NCBI GenBank assembly: GCA_048939995.1
Contig: JBHLOY010000007.1
Span: 32,001 to 96,000, forward strand
DNA from: Promethearchaeota archaeon
GTDB lineage: Archaea > Asgardarchaeota > Lokiarchaeia > Sigyniarchaeales > SOKP01
Direction: 5' to 3'
DNA length: 64,000 nucleotides
Shown: positions 60,199 to 64,000 of the stretch, piece after piece
Layout of the letters: every line of letters begins with the position of its first letter
Position numbering within the stretch: the first letter of the stretch is position 1
Translations under genes and position numbers: made by a program
The notes under the pieces: model-generated
Told to the model about the DNA's origin: nothing
What the model saw: the letters and a program-made list of their open reading frames with translations, nothing else
Databases searched by the model: none

Positions 60199-60207
60199 AA
60201 TACAATT

Positions 60208-60615
60208 TTGGGTCATATTACCTGGATATTATTATGGAACTTAAGCATTTTTTTAATTTTATTATTTATGTCGTTTGTATTTAAGAAAAACAAATTTTTT
60301 GATCTTTTTCACTTACTAAACATGAGAAATGTTAAATTCCAAGGGCCTCTAATACTAAAAATGTTTGGTCTTTTAAATGATTTAAACCTAATAAGTGAAA
60401 ATAGATATATTTTGTGTAATTTTTTAGACCAAAATAGTAAGTTATTTGGTTTAGAAAAAGATATATATCAATCGAATCATCAATATAGTTTGAATCAATT
60501 ATTTCTTTTTGCCTTTCACAAAGCTAAATCGACTAATACACTGAAAAATCTCTATAACGAATATATCACCTCTATTAACGCAATCTATAATAAAATAGAT
60601 ACAAAAAATATCTGA
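60208..60615 (+). CDS. Hypothetical protein (start uncertain, possibly the ATG of MSFVFK)
   Basis: ORF fills the gap between acyP and the GTPase; no recognised motif. Confidence 0.55.
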   Translation: MGHITWILLWNLSIFLILLFMSFVFKKNKFFDLFHLLNMRNVKFQGPLILKMFGLLNDLNLISENRYILCNFLDQNSKLFGLEKDIYQSNHQYSLNQLFLFAFHKAKSTNTLKNLYNEYITSINAIYNKIDTKNI

Positions 60616-60745
60616 TTTTGATATATATTTAATTTTATTCTTCGTGAAGAAAACTATTAATAAGGATAAACGTTACTATGAAAGTATCTAAAATTATTGT
60701 TAGATCAAAATGAATCATGTGTAAATTTTAGGAGGTAAATCAGAA

Positions 60746-61276
60746 TTGAATACACAAGGTCATTATATCATTAAAATAGTTTTACTTGGTGAGGCGAACG
60801 TAGGAAAAACCTCTTTAGTTTATAGATTTATAGAGGATAAGTTCAGAGAAAACTATAAAAGTACTTTAGGTGTTAACTTATTAAAAAAAGATATGCAACT
60901 TGAAGAATTTGGTGAAGTATCTGCTCAAATCTGGGACTTAGGAGGCCAAGAAAGTTTTAGGAGCCTACGAAAGCTTTATTTAGAAGGAGCAAACGGAGCT
61001 TTAGTCGTATATGATTGTACAAAGAAAAAATCTTTCGAAAAACTTAGCGATTGGATACAGGATTTTAAACAAGCTAGAGGAAATGAACCCATTGTCTTAA
61101 TAGGAAATAAAAAGGATTTAGAAGATAAAATCAAGGTTCCAGAATCAGATGGTAATGAATTTGCTAATAAAAATAATATGGAATTTATCTCTACATCTGC
61201 TAAAACGGGATCAAATGTAGAAGAAGCGTTTATAGAAATAACAAAGAAGATTTTAAAAAAAAATTTAGGCATATAA
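60746..61276 (+). CDS. Rab-like small GTPase
   Basis: GEANVGKTS, STLG, WDLGGQE, GNKKD and TSAKTG; GGAGGT SD upstream. Confidence 0.95.
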   Translation: MNTQGHYIIKIVLLGEANVGKTSLVYRFIEDKFRENYKSTLGVNLLKKDMQLEEFGEVSAQIWDLGGQESFRSLRKLYLEGANGALVVYDCTKKKSFEKLSDWIQDFKQARGNEPIVLIGNKKDLEDKIKVPESDGNEFANKNNMEFISTSAKTGSNVEEAFIEITKKILKKNLGI

Positions 61277-61462
61277 GCAGTTTATGTAAAATTCTTCCGT
61301 TTTCTCCATCCTATTCATTATAATATTTTAGGTTAAATTACTCATTTATAAATGCCTTTATAAATGATAATTTATTTAAATAAAATTATATAAAAAGTAC
61401 CATTTCTACCTAACTTAGTTTGTTTACTTTTTTATAAATCACATTTATCTTTATGATGTATT

Positions 61463-62134
61463 ATGTCAGAAGAAGAAAACGATTATGACGATTTGGAAGA
61501 TTACGAAGAAGAAGAGGAAGAAGAGGAAGAATTTGATTATGAGAGTGATTTAGATTACAAAATAGAAAATGTTGTAGCCACAGTGACAGTGGAGATAACA
61601 GAAAAAATAGATCTTAATCAAATTGCACGGAAACATGCTGAAGTAGAATATAACCCTGAAAGATTCCCCGGATTAGTTATGAGAATAGAAAAACCGAGAG
61701 CAACAATTTTAATATTTTCAACTGGAAAAATGGTGGTAACTGGATTGCGTAAAGCCTCAGAAGCAGAACGTGTTGTAGATAAAGTAGTTAAAAATATACG
61801 AAAGGCAGGGATTAAATTAGCTAATCCCGAAATTACTATTCAAAACATTGTAGCTAGTGGCGATTTACACACAAATATAGATTTAAACATGGCTGCCATT
61901 GTTATGGAATATGCAATGTATGAACCAGAAGTTTTTCCAGGATTAATCTATCGTATGCAAGATCCAAAAACAGTATTTTTGATTTTCTCAACCGGGAGAA
62001 TTGTATGTACGGGGGCGAAAAAGAAGGAGATTGTTAGAGATGCCGTTATGAAGCTCAATCAACAAGTTCGAGAATTAGGTGTAGCTAAAAAAGAATTAAC
62101 AGATACAGATTATCAAGATATAACTTTTATATAA
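61463..62134 (+). CDS. tbp: TATA-binding protein with acidic N-terminal extension
   Basis: Two TBP repeats: IENVVAT..YNPERFPGL..LIFSTGKMV and IQNIVAS..YEPEVFPGL..LIFSTGRIV. Confidence 0.97.
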   Translation: MSEEENDYDDLEDYEEEEEEEEEFDYESDLDYKIENVVATVTVEITEKIDLNQIARKHAEVEYNPERFPGLVMRIEKPRATILIFSTGKMVVTGLRKASEAERVVDKVVKNIRKAGIKLANPEITIQNIVASGDLHTNIDLNMAAIVMEYAMYEPEVFPGLIYRMQDPKTVFLIFSTGRIVCTGAKKKEIVRDAVMKLNQQVRELGVAKKELTDTDYQDITFI

Positions 62135-62185
62135 CTTTAATAATCTATTATTTTTTTTAGAATTTATTATATAATGGAGCCCCAA

Positions 62186-62665
62186 TTAGTCTTTTTGAAA
62201 GACAATCATGAATTCACAATAATCTTTACCTGTCTGTAAGCTGCAATTTATTTCTTGAGCAAAGCAATGAACATTACTCATACGTTCTACTATACCTGCT
62301 AGCATTCCTGCTTCGAAAGAACAGAAACTTCCGTCTGATTTAATACTTTTACCAATTAAATCTTTAATTGAAGAATGTCCTTTTAATTTAAGTTGAACTA
62401 TTTCATCTGAGCTTTCTGAAATTTCAACTTTGCCAATGTTATATTCTACAATAATTTCCTTTAATAGAGTAGGTATTTTTGAAACATCTTCAGCTTGTTT
62501 AACCTTAAGAGTAGTACCTAATTCATGGCCCAAATAGTAAAAAATAGCCTCCAATTGGTGACCTAGAGCAAGTAGAGCCCCTACTTTCATATCTCCAATT
62601 TCCTTTCCTTTTTTAAGATGTTCTCTCATCTGAGTTAAAATTTTAGAGAGCAGTTGGCGATCCAT
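62186..62665 (-). CDS. V4R-domain protein
   Basis: YYLGHELG..IGKVEI..FCSFEAGMLAG..EINC...G..YCEF. Confidence 0.88.
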   Translation of the reverse strand: MDRQLLSKILTQMREHLKKGKEIGDMKVGALLALGHQLEAIFYYLGHELGTTLKVKQAEDVSKIPTLLKEIIVEYNIGKVEISESSDEIVQLKLKGHSSIKDLIGKSIKSDGSFCSFEAGMLAGIVERMSNVHCFAQEINCSLQTGKDYCEFMIVFQKD

Positions 62666-62704
62666 ATTATTTTCTCCTTTTACTTTTTTATTTTTTTATA
62701 CTTT

Positions 62705-62998
62705 TTATATTTTTACTGAAGAAATAAATCCATATAAAATGGCATCAATGATATCCTCTTCTTGAATATTTATTGAAAGTCGGCGATCTGCGATAATAAT
62801 AGTCGGTAGTGAAGTGATTTTGTATTCTTTTGTCAATTTATAATTTTTCTCAACATCTATTTTAGCTATATATAATTTTTTTCCAAACATCGAAATATTT
62901 ATCCTTTTTAGCATTTCTTCTATTGGTTTGCAAGGTGCACAGTGAGCTGATGAAAATAACAAGATTTTTGGATAACCTTCTTTAAAAGTATCTACCAT
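62705..62998 (-). CDS. Small thioredoxin-fold protein (CAPC)
   Basis: HCAPC, IDVE and ITSLPTIII. Confidence 0.88.
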   Translation of the reverse strand: MVDTFKEGYPKILLFSSAHCAPCKPIEEMLKRINISMFGKKLYIAKIDVEKNYKLTKEYKITSLPTIIIADRRLSINIQEEDIIDAILYGFISSVKI

Positions 62999-63031
62999 AA
63001 ATAATCAATGTGGTAAAATGACTGGAAATAA

Positions 63032-63577
63032 TTATTTATCTTTAAATTTATGATATAACTCTTTTATAATGGCTTGAAATGCTTCGTATACTCCTGTTCC
63101 AGTTTTAGCGCTAGTTCTATAATAGCCTAAAAAGTTTCGTTGTTCCCCAAGTTTTTCTGCTTCAATATCATCTAGTTTTTCAATGTTAATTAAATCAATT
63201 TTATTGCCGAATAAAATTATTGGGATGTTTCCGCAATATTTCTTAATATCTTCATGCCACTCAATAATATTATCATAACTCTGTTCTTCATCAGGTGCGT
63301 GTGAAAATACAATGATCGCTGCTTTACTTCCTTTATAGAATGTAGGTCTCATAAAGCTAAACTCTGCTTGTCCTGCTATGTCCCAAAAGAAAAGTTTTAC
63401 CATATTACCCTCAATCTTTTCATCGTATTTTGAAAATTGAGCCCCTAGAGTTTTAATATATTGTTTTTGAAACGATCCTTGAGTATATTTTTTAATCAAA
63501 GACGTCTTACCAACACCTCCATCTCCGATCACTGTAATTTTGAAAACAAAATCTTTCTTTTCCTCTTTACCGTTCAT
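63032..63577 (-). CDS. Rab/Ran-like small GTPase
   Basis: GDGGVGKTS, KTLG, WDIAGQ, GNKID and TSAKTG. Confidence 0.95.
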   Translation of the reverse strand: MNGKEEKKDFVFKITVIGDGGVGKTSLIKKYTQGSFQKQYIKTLGAQFSKYDEKIEGNMVKLFFWDIAGQAEFSFMRPTFYKGSKAAIIVFSHAPDEEQSYDNIIEWHEDIKKYCGNIPIILFGNKIDLINIEKLDDIEAEKLGEQRNFLGYYRTSAKTGTGVYEAFQAIIKELYHKFKDK

Positions 63578-63740
63578 TCAATCACTCCATAGCTATTCCG
63601 CGTATTCAATTTCTTTTAAATATTATTTTTACAACTTTAATTATTAATATTAATAATTATATTTATATTGAGTTTATATTAACATTAAGTTCTTTTAATC
63701 TTTAAAGTATATTAAAATAATTTACCTATTTTGTAGAAAA

Positions 63741-64000
63741 ATGAGCTTACTTAAAAGAATAAAGTATCTAATCGAAAAGTTTACTGAGAAGAAAATTCTA
63801 CTAGCTATTGCAGAGTCATGTACAGGAGGATATATATGTCATATGTTTACTAATATTTCTGGTGCCTCGAATGTTTTTGAGAGGGGCGTTGTCTGTTATA
63901 GTAACAAATCAAAAGTAGAGGCGCTAAATGTTGATCTAAGAAGTATTGAAGCTGCTGGTGCAGTTTCTGAAACAGTAGCAAGACAATTGGCTTATAATAT
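63741..64000 (+). CDS. CinA C-terminal domain/PncC (NMN deamidase) family protein, 3'-truncated by the window edge
   Basis: Manual translation gives MSLLKRIK..LAIAESCTGG..ISGASNVF..VCYSN.SK..GAVSETVA. Confidence 0.9.
   Translation, partial: MSLLKRIKYLIEKFTEKKILLAIAESCTGGYICHMFTNISGASNVFERGVVCYSNKSKVEALNVDLRSIEAAGAVSETVARQLAYN

Overview
AT-rich, gene-dense archaeal DNA that is almost certainly from an Asgard archaeon of the Lokiarchaeia. It carries five Rab-like small GTPases, several longin/roadblock proteins, ribosomal protein eL22, CDC48, TBP, Spt5, aIF1A, aIF2-gamma, TFS, PSTK, a form III RuBisCO/R15P isomerase pair, tetraether lipid synthase and a Loki-CTERM-like surface protein. The main discovery is an unannotated, circularly permuted 5S rRNA gene on the minus strand (17430-17549). 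Its 3' half precedes its 5' half, and helix I is closed by a UUAG tetraloop. The new ends form a bulge-helix-bulge/loop splice motif inside a perfect 16-bp flanking stem, so cleavage and ligation would give a 120-nt circular 5S rRNA with the canonical junction restored. Other notable signals are a 35-aa tandem-repeat protein resembling nebulin actin-binding repeats, an orphan GC-rich structured RNA candidate with Sm-site-like U-tracts (46540-46666), an HhH domain fused to aIF2-gamma, and two genes that seem to start at AUU codons. All family calls come from visual motif recognition; no database searches or folding programs were run.
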